Source: Nemertoderma westbladi
Lineage: Eukaryota; Animalia; Xenacoelomorpha
DNA: 58,475 bases
Direction: 5' to 3'
Assembly: GCA_032718475.1 (NCBI GenBank)
Contig: JAUCBJ010009015.1
Location: forward strand, 1-58,475
Shown: in pieces, positions 33,894 to 46,741 of the stretch
Position numbering within the stretch: position 1 is the first letter of the stretch
Layout: every line of letters begins with the position of its first letter
Position numbers and translations under genes: made by a program
The notes under the pieces: generated by a model
The model's input: the letters and a program-made list of their open reading frames with translations, nothing else
Database searches by the model: none
What the model was told of the DNA's origin: nothing

Positions 33894-34171
33894 ATAACAG
33901 TTATTGCTTCTTTATTGCCGTAAGCAATAAAGCTGAAGTACCGGTCGACCGGTAACCAGTAGGCCTAACTACCTAACCACCGGAACCGGTACTTACAACA
34001 GTACAGGTACATCAGTATTATTCGATTTTGATAATTATATACCGGTAGGTCTTGATAGTTAATCAGGGACTGCAGCCCTGGTTTTTTATTGAGATTTTAC
34101 TTATTTCTGTCAGTTTTATTTATTAGTAGGCTAATATTGAGCAGAAGACGTGTAAGCCTGCTCAGATTGTA

Positions 34172-34754
34172 CAGATAATTTGTAGGCTGGACTGTTGTCT
34201 GGCTGTTGTTAGGTCTGAAGACATTGCGGTGTGTGTAGAGTATCTGTCCGATAAAGTACTAGTTAGGAACGTGGGTGCAGCCAGTGCTGTAAGGTAAACC
34301 CCCCCGAAAGAATAAGTCGTACTACTCGGTTAGAACGCATACTAACTAACCATTTCGGAATCTGCATATACTGTAGTTTATTTAGGCTTGATAGTAGTCC
34401 GCCAGCGTTTAGTCTGTATTTTGTTTGTGTAGTCTGTACAGGTACCGTAATATTTCTTATTCAGATAATTTGTAGGCTAGATTGTTGTCTGGCTGTTGTT
34501 AGGTCTGAAGAGATTGTGGTGTGTGTAGAGTATCTGTCCGATAAAGTACTAGTTAGGAACGTAGGGGCAGCCAGTGTTGTAAGGTAAATCCCCCCCGAAA
34601 GAATAAGTCGTCCTACTCGGTTAGAACGCATACTAACTAACCATTTCGGAATCTGCACATACTGTAGTTTATTTAGGCTTGATAGTAGTCTGCCAGCGTT
34701 TGGTTTGTATTTTCTTTGAGTAGTCTGTACGGGTAGCGTAATATTTATTATTCA
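34172..34754 (+). repeat. 290-bp tandem duplication in the leader of element C
   Basis: cagataatttgtaggct... begins at both 34172 and 34462. Confidence 0.9.
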
Positions 34755-36074
34755 GAGTTTATGCGATTATTCGCAACATTCATACCCCCAAGTTTATTCC
34801 TACAGTAATTGTGCTTGTTATACATACCGTTGTAGTTAAATTAACCCCGGTACTACATCAGGGCTGCTTCGCGTAGGTCACTCCGGCAGATACCTTGGTT
34901 CTTTTAGCTGTACAAGTATTTTTAACTGCTGATTATTTGTTATACAAGTACTTGTACCTAATCTAGGGTTTAGTGTACAGTGCTTTCTGAAGGTAATTAG
35001 TGTGTAGGCAGTATATTTGTGTTGTAAAGTGGTTAATAGGCACGTTGGCTCTGGTAGGCCGCGGTAATTAACTTCTAGGTAGGAACACTCCGTGAAACAT
35101 AACGTAGTACTTATAGCGATACGGCTATAAGTCGTCAGACGGTGGTATTTTTCCTATCTGGACAATGCAATATATTTACTACTGCGTATTATTTTCAAAT
35201 ACCGTAGTATCCTGTCCGCTGTAATAACCAGATATTCTAACCCTTTGTTAGGCTGGTTTGTAGATTTCTTGTAAAATTACCCTAAAAAATTCGTACGTGT
35301 AATTTTTTGTGTTTATTTAGAGATTGTAATCTCACCAGAATTGTAAGTAATTTGTAGACAAGTAACTTAGGCAAGTAGAATTATTTGTTTTAGTGTCCAA
35401 CAAGTAGCACTTCACTGAAAGCGCACCGCTTCTGTGTAGTGACTCCTTCCCGGAAATAATAACATCTATTTCAATATTGTAACAAACCCTCATACGGGTA
35501 TATATATATATATATTATAAATCAACTTAAACCGATTTATAAAATAGTAGGCCTGTCATACAACAATTAGGTCTTAATATCAGTTGGATTACTGCTTAAA
35601 TAACGGTAATAAAGTAACGTAAAGTAACAAAGTAACCCCTAAAATTCAGAAATTCAATTATTCTAAAATAATTGACATACCGGTATTTACAATAGGCTTA
35701 TTATATTTATTTCAATAAATTTAGGCTGAACTTATATACCCGGTACCGGTATTCTGTAATTGATTCTAGTTTATAATTATACTTATATACTATAAGTGTA
35801 AAGTTGTATACCGGTATTCACGATAGGCTTATTATATATTTCTATATATTTGTGCTGAAATTATATACCGGTATTCTGTGACAAACCTATTTAACCATAA
35901 TACTTATATATACTATAAGTGTATACCGGTATTCTGATACATTGTATATATATCACGTTACACTGAGTAACGGTATCGGTAATTAATTAATAGGCTAACA
36001 GTAATACTGAATTACCATAATTGCTTTAACTGTAATTATAGCAGTAGGCATTGCACTCAACTGTACAAACAAAC

Positions 36075-39000
36075 ATGTCTGACACAACCCAATCACTGTC
36101 AGATAGTCTCTTAGAAAGTGTTAGAATGACTGTTAGACAGTGTCTTAAAAAGATCAGTGACCCAGATCAAAGTATAGAACATCCCAGACAAAAGTCTAAG
36201 TCCCCTCCTACTGTAGGAAAGGCCATCCCTACAGTAGTAGTATCAGACCCTAGACTAATTCAACACCGTAGGTCTATCATCGGCACTCGGGCCCAAGTCA
36301 AGCGGGATCAAGAAGCAGCTGTCAAACAGCAACAACATCCTAGCCAAGAACTTGGTTCGCAGCGGCCCGATAGCTCCAGTAGTTCGGATACTGTAGAGCT
36401 GACACCCGAACGCAGAGCGAAGATGGCGGATACGGTTTATTCAGATCCCCTTCTCATTCTTCCTGCAGCAGTGCTAACTACGGTATTGATTGCGGTGGAG
36501 GAACACCAAATCGATTGGGCGAGAAGTAAGCGATCAACCAAAGACAGTTATGCGGGATACGCAAGGGAGGAGCTGATATCTATTGTCGAGTCGCAATGGA
36601 ACTTCCCCGGACCCGGACTCCCGTTTGACTTATCAGAAGCTACCTGGGAAGACATACACAGGATGGGAGTGACAGAAGATACTATGGATCCAGCTGTGTG
36701 GAAGAGGTCAGCAGCAGGATATGTACAGGGATTCTTCGGCTCTTTGGAGCAATTAGAGGAACAACTGTTTCGACAACCCCAAGGACCTCAAGAGCAGAAA
36801 GAGCTGCTTTATCAAGTACGCGAAAGAACTTTACGCATTAGGCTAATCCTATCGGCCTTTGAGGAAGCTTCGAAAAGAAGACAGGACACGTCGTTGCAAG
36901 TTGCTGTCAAGAATTGGTTCCAGCGAGTGAGTCTCAAGATTCAAGGAACGGCCAAGTGGAAATCTCAGTTGGCTGAGCACCCAACCTATGGAGAATCAAC
37001 CAACGCCACCTTTTCCCAAGTGGAAAGCGAAGTGACAGAAGAGAAACCGCGAACGAGAGACGCTATTGACATCTCTCTGTCAGAATATCAACGATTCCTA
37101 GGTGACGAAGAGTTGAGGAGACGGCTGTCTGGACTTCGCCCTAATAGTGAAGGAACCAAGCTTGTGTTGGACGCAATCGATGCGGAAATGTTAGCCGCAA
37201 ACCAAGCTAAATTTGATGAAAGACTTCGCATCGCTAGGGTCCAAGAAGAACAAATAAAGAAAAAACGGATAGAGGACAGAAAGATAGCAGCAGCGGCAGC
37301 GGCAGAGGTAGAAGCGGAAAGAAAAGCGGCCGAAGTGAAAAGAAAAGCGGCCGAAGCGGAAAGAAAAGCGGTGGTAGCAGCGGCAGTGGCAGTGGCAGAA
37401 GTGGAAAGAAAGCGAGCAGTGGCAGAAGCAGAACGGAGAGCAGCTGAAGAAATCACCCAACTGGAGTTGGAAAATCTTCAAGAGAAGCGAGACTGCATAA
37501 ATAAACAGTTAACAGCTAGTCAAATGCAGATGATGAGTCGATCTACCCCCAAAAGACAGGGGTATACATCATCTGAGGAAGGCGATACCACCAATACTGA
37601 AGGCGGAGGAAATAGATCTCGTCTAAGTAGGCGTAGAAGAACATCTCACCGTCACAAGTTGCCTGATTTGCCCCCAGCTGTTAAGAGACAACTAGCTAGC
37701 ATAGACTTAGGTTGTACAGAACCCACAGACCAAATTATTACCGTAGAGAGACTCCCTACTATAGTGGATGAACCTGAAATAATTAGGCCTGTTCTCAAAG
37801 CCACCCCTTTGGTGATGGAGACACCTGTGCTCCCGGAACCTACTTCTAAATTCCCTTTGCACAGCACAAAACTACCTGTGCCCAGTAGAACAACCCCTGA
37901 GACAATTCCTGTCCTGGGCTCCGAGCGAATTATCAATGATTTGTCGCCCGTTGCCCCTCGTACGCCCGCTACTACGTTGGCGAATCCTGCTTCAGCGGTT
38001 GATTGGGTGGATGAGAGACGGCGGGGGATGGATCTCCTGCTCGGGCAGATGCAGGAGACTGTTCAACAGTTCAAGGGAACCGTAAGGGAAAGTAGGTTAG
38101 AGTTGCAAGAAGTGCAGCAAAATATCGCGTTAGAACGCGATAAATTAGTAAATATACAAAAGGGTATACCACCATCCCCTGTAACAATGTGTCAACCTGT
38201 TAGGTCTGAGGTATTTCATGCGCAAGGTGTGGAGCCTACACGCATCTATACTGCTAGTGAAGTAGAAACTCCTATAGTCAACCCTATTAAGGGTAATTAT
38301 AAACCTGTTGACAATAATATTCCATATAGACCTGATAATAATCCAAGAAATTTATATACTGATAACTCAATATTAAATAATACGATGGCCCAAGAAAGTT
38401 TTACGCGTCAAATGGCTAGAACCGAAGCACGACAAGCGGTAAAGGTGGGAGAGATCGTTAAATTCAACGGAGATTCAACGGTTACCTTTTAATGAATATT
38501 ATAAAGATAACATACAGAACTCTGTGCTATCTAATGGAGAGAAACTTAGATTCCTCATCGAGTGCTTGGAAGGATCTCCCAAGTTAATGGCGTTAAAGTT
38601 TATTGGACATCCAGATGGATTAAGACAAGTTTGGGATACATTAAACATCAGGTATGGTAATAGGAATAACATAGCTAGGTATTTGTATGCAAAATTGGTA
38701 GCGCCCCGAAAGTTCATTAGCAGCGGGATTATCGAGTTTTCCGATGAGATTCAGGAGATCTGTAGACAATTAGATTGGCTAGGTAAGTCTCATGAATATC
38801 AGAGTTCTATGGTTATTGGAGCCGTAGCATCTACTTTGCCGAAGGGTGGAGTAGGTACACGCTGGGACAAGAAAGTATTATATATGATGGAGCAACAACG
38901 ACGAGACCCTACCATGGCTGATCTCATGTCATTCTTGGATGTAGAAGTAAAATTACAGCTCCTAAAGCAGTCCAGAGAGAAGACCACGGAAAATAAGGTA

Positions 39001-40725
39001 AGTGAGAAACCCGTTTCTAGGAGAAAGGTAATACCAGTGTGTTATACAGACGGCGGCGAAAGCCAGGCTTCTCAAGAGGAAGACAGCGGGAAAGACACTG
39101 AAAGATCTTACTATGACAACAAAGCAACTAGGGACGTAAGTAAATTCAAGTCTCGAACCAATGACAGGAGAGAACAGATAAGAACAACTCCCCCTACGAC
39201 TCCTAAGAGAATTCATAGAAGAAAGCCCGAGGAAAGAACAAGTGTGCACCACACAGCACAGGTTAAAGTAAGTAACATCAAGCCCAAATGTGTGTTGTGC
39301 GACGGGCCCCACCGTTTAAGTGCGTGTGATGAATTCCTGAGGAAATCATTAAAAGATAGACGTGAAATCATGTGGGATAAGCGGTTGTGTTATAATTGCC
39401 TCAGACGAGGACACCAACGGCGAACCTGTTACTCCGACGCGAGGTGTGCTAAGTGCGGCGCGAAACATCATATCTTGTTACACACTGAATTCGAAAGAAA
39501 CAGCCCGAGTCAGGTAAGTGAGTCCGAACTACATGTCCAATTCAGTGATGTGAACAACACTGACCAAAGTTCTGAGATGGAAGGATTCTATACGGATGAA
39601 TTCTCCGACGAAAACGAATCCTGTTACCTAATAAATACCGCAGTGTATCGAGCACTTACGTATGAAAGAGACCCCGACAGTGAGCCCCCCTTAACTACTT
39701 CCGATCGACAACCATCTTGGAAAGCACCAACTTCCAATGTTAGAATCCGAGAATTTCCTGTAGTGCAGTTGAGAGTTCACGGTCCTGACAAAAGTTATAT
39801 AGTGAACGCCCTTCTTGACTCCGGCAGCACAGGAACATTCATCGACAAAGAGCTAGCCGAGGACATCTTTGCTGGACAACCCAAATTCCGAACCAAGTTA
39901 AACATGTCAGGAATTATGCAAGTTTGGAAATCTACAGTGATTGCAGATTACTACGTAGGCGCGTTGTCCACCTCCCAGGATGAACTAGGAGAACGCAGTA
40001 TAAGGTCAGTAAAAATGGTGGCGATAAAGAACTTCACTAGGCCTACCAGTCAAGTGGAACCTTATAACTGGGATGAGGATGACTTCACCCATCATCATAA
40101 GATACCTAGATTCAACACAGACTACCCTGGAGTGCAAATACTCATCGGCCAAAATGCGCATGAGGCGCTTGAGACATTGGAGAAATGGCCTGCTCAACCG
40201 CAACCACTACAAACTTATGCGGGAAGAACTAGAGTAGGTTGGTACCTTACTGGTCCGTCCCGTAGAACACTCATGGAAAGGTTGTCCAAAGAACGGGTCT
40301 ACCAAGTAAGTGAATGGGAAGTGGAGAGCAGTGAGGTGGGCGATCCAACTGAGGGAATACCATACTCCTCAGATAATGACGATATTAACTCTAATGTAGA
40401 TCAATGGAGACATTGCCTTGGGACGATTAATCCAGCCAACATCGCTTCCAGATGAGCAACTCCTCAAGAACTGATAGATACTCCAGGTTGGTTAAGTGGA
40501 CCCAACTTCCTAAGTAAAGAAGAAGATGAATGGCCTCCTCAGCTTACCACGGTGGAGATTAGACAGGCCAAGGGAGCGGAGAAAGTAACACAACAACTCA
40601 ATCGCCCAGCTGGTCGTTTATGTTTACTGGAAAGAGACCGAAAACTGTCCGGAAACTATGGAAGACAAGATACTCTTCCTACGACCACTTCCCTAATCCA
40701 ACAAATATCTAGGGACTCCATAACA
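36075..40725 (+). pseudogene. gag: gag-protease (frameshift ~38490) fused by deletions to scraps of RNase H and the integrase tail
   Basis: KFNGD..EKLRFLIECLEG; CVLCDGPHRLSAC, CYNCLRRGHQRRTC, CAKCGAKHHILLH; ALLDSGSTGTFI; then directly QWRHCLGTINPANIASR*...WLSGPNFL...EWP and LNRPAGRLCLLE. Confidence 0.88.
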
Positions 40726-42378
40726 TAACAACATACGGAGTGGGTGTGTGACTATATTATTTATATTGTTCTTATTATTTTATATTTATGTACGTATTAT
40801 TATGTAATTTTATTATAATCGTTTTCTTTAATTTTGTTTAGTAGAATGTTATTTTAGCGATTATTTAGTAGATTAGTGCAATATATTACTTAATTACTTA
40901 TGTATATTATATATTTAGTGCGATGGCGAGAAATAATTCTTTTTCTCTTTCCTTACTGTCCGTATCATATTATAAATACGTGACTACAGTAAGATGAAAT
41001 ATCCGTACTTATTAAAGTACAATAAAGCTCCTACTATATTCAAGTATTATTGGTAGGCAGAGTATTAGGAATGCAAAGTTCAGATCCTTGTGTCTCGGCT
41101 AAACCAAGCTCTGGGTAGACCTTGGAAACGACTTGCCTCTTCACACTGACATTGCTTCGTGCGATATTGCTCTCATACCGTATATTAAATAATACATATA
41201 GTAGCGTGATGTCCCTTTAACAGTAGCGTAAAACGCAAAATAAATCTGTTAAACCCTTTGACCATCTGCAATTCTAGTCGATTAAGATATCGTGGCACCC
41301 ACCGATATACTTGAAAGACAAAATTTAGAATCAGTGGTTAACGTCCCCAGAAAAGTTCTGGAATAAATCGGTGCCCATCTTAAATATTATATAATTAATA
41401 TTTATAAAATTCTATAAATCAAAATCTGTTAAAATTTAGATCCTTTGAAATTATAGTCAATTAAGATATCATAGCACTTACCGATACTCTTAAAAGGACA
41501 AAATTCCTAAAATAAAGGATCCTCGTCCCCAGACATGTTCGGGAATAAAATTGTGTCTATTTAATATTAAATAATAAAATTACGGGAATAAATTTAAATT
41601 CATTTTTTAATGAATTTGATAAATTGTTATTTTTTACAATTTATAACATTCCCAAAATTCCATTAATTAATAGATCATGGGAGCGGAGATTCACCCTATT
41701 AAGTGTATTAGTGTGCGAGAATCTCCAATATATAGTCAATAGCCGATAAAATTCATAAAATCATATATAAAGAGGGATATTGACAATTAAAGAATTACTA
41801 TTAAATAGCATCCCAGATCTGTATGCATGAGAATTACCCTAATTCTACTGCTAGCTTTTCATAATGTCACCATAGCAACAACCACGCTAGAATTAGAAGC
41901 GAGTTAACAGAACAATAAAAAGCTTACTCATTGAATAGCATACGGAATAAATAGCACACCGCTAGTATCCAAGGATACATAATAACAACGTGACATTCTG
42001 GAAGGCACTTGACTAACGGACAAATGACCCGAATGTGTGATAGAATGTGTACAATTTGTGACAGTTACGTGGAATTTGTGCGTTTGTAGGTGAATGTTAC
42101 TACTAAGGTGTGTTTACAGTAGCGAGTCGCAGTTGTGAAAGTAACCCTAACTCTGCAGTAAGAACCTGAAGTAAATCTACACCCTTGGGACGGACAGTGG
42201 AGTGACTCGTGCCGGTTGTCGTTGTCGTTGTGTAGCTACTACGTTGGTGAAAAACACGGCGGCGACGGTATATCGGCACTGAGGATCTTGCACTGTCCAG
42301 GGGCCGAGAGGGGTAGGCGGCGAAGCTCGCTGGCCTAATTATAACTCATTATAACATTGATTAACTCATATAGCAGAT

Positions 42379-43900
42379 ATGACTGAGTTGATAGAAGATG
42401 ATCTTGGTATCAGGGAGCGATATACTCTACCTATACAAGCGTTTGTTGATAGCTTGATACGCGGCGACGCTGGTCCAACTACTACGAAGGACGATGGTCG
42501 TTATTTCGAACCGCCAATGTCCCAGGAGCAACTTACGCGTGAGTTGGACTATAGAAAATTCACCGCTCGCTATACGCATCGTAATGGTACGTATATGGGC
42601 TTCTTAACTACTGGTCATCCTATCGATTTACACGATACGGACGATGTCGACACCAAAAGGGAAATGGTTTTATTTAAATATCATACCCAGCGGAGTCGTA
42701 ACGATAAACCGAGAATAGAACACAAGAATTCTATTCGAAACAGGCTCGAAAGAGAAGACATTGGAGAGCCGGATAAACGCAGCGACTTCAACAAATATCT
42801 GGAATTCTTGAGAGAAACATATCTCAATATTACCAGTCAACAGAATCTAGAAACTCGATATCCTCAAGGTATACATCATGACCGCATGGTGAAACTCAAA
42901 CGGCTCTATTCCACTATGATGTATCTTACCGCCGATCGATCGCTACCTGTTGTACCGGATAGCTTCGAACAGATGGAGGAACATTGTAAACTGGAGAAAG
43001 ATCACTCGCGTTTCCCCTACAAGACTTGCGTCTTTGGTATTATTGCGATGAATGCCCTAGACCCAACCAACAAACGGAAAGACATAAACATCCGCGGAGA
43101 CGTTGCGCTAAACACGGTTTTACTCGCTATACTTACGGGAGTTTCGAGCGAAATTTGTTTGACGTATCACCTACGCGCGTTCGACTCAGACGATCCTTAA
43201 ATAAACCAATGATCAGAGTTCCGGAATACTCGATCAGACCTCCTCATTCCCTAATGAGACCTCAGACTCTTGATCCTATTAGTATGACAGATCCTCCCAA
43301 GCTGTACTCACTGTTCAAAGATCTAGTGTTACCCGAATAATTAGTCGGTGGCACTCCGGTTGTGGGCTCCCTAAATATCCGCCCATCTTACCTGGCCGGA
43401 TTGGGGCGCGGACACCTAATATTGCCATTCAACCGTATAATCGTCCCGTTTAACACGATACAACCCGTCATCAAGGTGGAGGAGAGCGTTGTACGAAACG
43501 AGTTAGACGCTATTCTACAAAGATCAGAAAAGAAACCTACGTTTGTTCAGATAAACTTAAATTGTAACAGCAAGTCCAATCGGTAAACGGATTGGCTTTA
43601 TCTCAGTTCGATTGGGAAATCCAGAATCTCTAAGACGATATCAAACTTGGACGACCCTATTCTCTGCGAGAGTTTTTGGACGAACGTATCCAACGACGAG
43701 TGGAGGAAAATCAGCTCGAGGAGAAGCATATCGAAATGGACGAGACACCGGCCGTAACCCTAAACCTTCTGATACAATTGTATTGCACCCTTCACCCAGG
43801 AGTTATGGCCCTCCTAGTAAAGTGGCTCGCCCCAAATAGAAAAGGACTCTTGCCAAACTCAAAAAACTGCGTAAACGCCGTTCGCGCAAGAAAGACTAAC
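42379..43900 (+). pseudogene. ORF3 homolog: N-terminal domain and extreme C-terminus, middle deleted near 43745
   Basis: TRYP...KRLYSTMMYLTADRSLPVVPDSFEQM aligns with TRYP...ARLYHMNMYLRHEEPLPAVRDQFDGM in B. The 3' part matches the end of the element A ORF. Confidence 0.8.
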
Positions 43901-43977
43901 TGTTTAGAGTATTTTTATATTTTAGAAACTGTGATTTTTTATATTTTATAGAATTAAATCCCATTTTCTGGGAGCAG

Positions 43978-45176
43978 TGTAAAAGCTTTTGTGGGATATA
44001 ACTGGCCCTTTTGCTCCGCAATCCAGTTTCCCCCAATGCGCTCAAATACTCTAAAACTGCCTGGCTCGAGTGGCACAATCTGCCCACTGGTTGGCTGATT
44101 TGCTGTACGTGTATGGCCTCTTTGTTCTGTTCGATCAACCAATCAGAGCGATGGTCAACCAATCAGAGTGATTTCGCCTTGTGTTGGCTACGGGCTGCAA
44201 AGGCTAGGGAGGTTTGGCATTTCGACATTCGTGGAACCTATGGAATCTGGAGCTCTGCCAATGAGAGCTATTCCTCTTTGTGTTGAAAGCTACCTGCAAC
44301 AGCCCACAGGGATCAGTGTGTTGGTTTTCCATGCCAGAACATCGGCTGTGGAATGATTCTGTGTTTCAGACTTTAGCCAAACATTAGAACGGCTTTGATC
44401 ACCGGAACGTATAACTGTTATCATATCAACTCATATCATACCATATCTACTCATATCAACTCAAACAAATCGCACCAGTACCAGTACACACCGCATTATT
44501 TTACTGCTATTTACTGTCGGTTATTAATTGTATCAGTTGATGGAATATTATATTTGGATAATATCGATAAAGAATCATAAAACCCCATCTTCTTGATATA
44601 CTGAAGGAAAGAGACCGGTTACATATAGCAATTGCGACTCACATTATATTGGTTTTGGAGTGAATCGAATGCTATTTCATAGGCACTACATGGGTCAATT
44701 GCTGTTCTCTTCATATGTGACTAAAATTAGTGAAGGTCGGCAGATTGGTGTGCAGCATTGTGCGATAGTGTGCATGAGTGCGATCGATAACTAAGCATCT
44801 CCTAAAGAATGCGCCTTATACGTGAATCACAAGCCATATCGTTGTGTTTAGTGTAAGTCATAACTCTGTTTACATATTTAGAGCGCCACGTCCTAAAGGA
44901 ACTGTTAATATTTCCCGAAAGTGAATAATATTTGTCAGAGATTATATATTAACGATCAATCGAATAATACAGTAGGCTTACACAGCAATAAGGTCAGAGC
45001 TTACGAATCCAGTCTCCCGGGTATATCCAGCGGGTGAATGGTCGCGCATAGGCTGGCTTCGGCTAATGTAGTGTTTATTTGTATTAAATACTTGTCATAG
45101 GCTAAAGTCGATTTATAACCTAGAAGACATATAAATTTGGCAGGTTAAACTGCTAAAGGTCTAAAAAGCGGGAACA
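43978..45176 (+). repeat. 3' LTR of element C
   Basis: Preceded by CTGGGAGCAG; runs TGTAAAAG...GGGAACA. Confidence 0.95.
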
Positions 45177-45732
45177 TTTACTACACATACACATCATCTT
45201 TTAAATAAGAAGCTGACATTCTAAAATAGGCAGTTCGAATAAAAAATTCCAAGCAAAACGAGGGCGAACTGCCTATTTAAGCACCACGTTATCAATGCTG
45301 ATGTTATTATTTTAGGCACCACAGTCATGGGATTTTCAGCCATTGGCAAATAAACTGAAACTGTCAATCTTATATTGATAATAGATCAAAGAAGCTTAGA
45401 TAGATTTTTCTAATTTTTTCTGAGTAGTTGAGTGACAGGTATATCTCTAATATGTAAAATTCTTCATATGCCAATTTTCGTTTAAGTGGTTTAAATCATC
45501 AAATTTATCCCAAAAAATGACGAAAACTGCCTATATAGGCAGCTCGGTTCTATTTAGGAAGTCCGACCGGGCTGCCTAAATAAGCATCTTTCCCCAACTG
45601 ACTGTACTCGCTGACTCGTACTGCTGTACCACTGCAGCCATTTATTGAGCTGTTACTGCTGTCTTTTTACTGTTGTCTCTGCAGCTCTGTTACATACTGT
45701 ATTGCAGTAGGTGGTAGGCCTACCGGTACTGG

Positions 45733-46292
45733 CAGTCGGGGAGAAGTTCAAATTTCAACTGAGTTGAAATTTAAAACTTTTTTTTTAAATTCAACTTTTA
45801 AGTTGTAAATTCAACTCTAAAATGGCAGGAGGCGCAGAAGGTCCCCAAGCTGCCAAGACTGAGAAGGGGTGATTTTATTGTTTTTATGGATGTAACTCGA
45901 AAAATTAACCCTCATTACCGATGGAATAAAAACTTTCACCGTCGGGAACACATTTTTTTAAAACATTTTAAGTGATTACATTTGCAAATTAGCTGAAATA
46001 CTACGGGAATTTATTAGTAGATGTATTTAATTACTGCTGAATGTCAATATTATTATACAATGGAATACCAGTACATGCAGTACCGGTAATGGATTCCAAT
46101 TCAATATTTCAGTATTTCCAAAGCTACCGGTACCGGTACTGCGGTACCGGTACTCCAAAAGTTGAATTTTAAAAAAAAGTTGAATTTTAAACTCTACCGG
46201 TACTCTAAAAGTTGAATTTTAATAAAAAGTTGAATTTTAAAAAATAAAGTTGAAATTTCAACTCAGTTGAAAATAGAACTTCTCCCCGACTG
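45733..46292. mobile_element. MITE, TIR CAGTCGGGGAGAAGTTC, 5-bp TSD ACTGG
   Basis: ACTGG at 45728-45732 and 46293-46297; subterminal AAATTCAACT repeats. Confidence 0.9.
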
Positions 46293-46741
46293 ACTGGTAC
46301 GAGTGTCGAGTACGGTACCTACAGTACACACCTGCTGATCTATGGACCTATCTACTGATCTACCTGTCTACCACAGTTAGTGAGTTAGATACTGTCTGAC
46401 TGCAGACTGTAGCACTGTAGGTAATTTTTAGCCATCAGCGTCAGGCCGTCTGTCCGTGATAAATTAATTACCGGTACTTAAATTTTAAATTGAAAATTCG
46501 TAAATCTATAATAATTATGAAATTAATTAGACCTATGATTGATTATGTGCGATATTGGCGAACGATAACCATACTTTTATTTTTTTTAAATAAATAATCA
46601 AATTTTTAAAATTTTTGAAAAACTCCTACTGTCCGGCTCCGGCCAAATTGTCCAACTCCGGCTCCGGCCAAATCCCAACTCCGATCACCGATCGAGCCCT
46701 AGTCTGCTAGTGGACAGCCCATGACTTTCTTGAGATGCATA

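Larger units (their letters stand above)
32691..45176 (+). mobile_element. Element C: internally deleted BEL/Pao LTR retrotransposon with both LTRs
   Basis: LTRs at 32691-33893 and 43978-45176, with about 18-20 substitutions and one 4-bp indel by eye. Flanks CTTAC/TTTAC (4 of 5 match as a TSD). Confidence 0.93.
32045..45600. mobile_element. MITE with CAGTTGGGGAAAG TIRs and 5-bp TSD ACTGT, hosting element C
   Basis: 29-bp TIRs at 32045 and ending 45600; ACTGT at 32040-32044 and 45601-45605; ~190-bp internal inverted arms at ~32360-32545 and ~45365-45542. Confidence 0.88.
31385..46701 (-). mobile_element. Older inverted copy of the hAT-like MITE at 48773-49586, split by insertions
   Basis: 31385-31545 is the reverse complement of ~49330-49507, and 46370-46701 of ~48773-49140. 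It ends CGATCGAGCCCTA; the other TIR is missing. Confidence 0.7.

Noticed and set aside
41866-41879. RFX X-box-like GTCACCATAGCAAC upstream of ORF3 in C, with a partial match near 11200 in B
   Set aside because: A short degenerate motif that cannot be distinguished from chance by eye.
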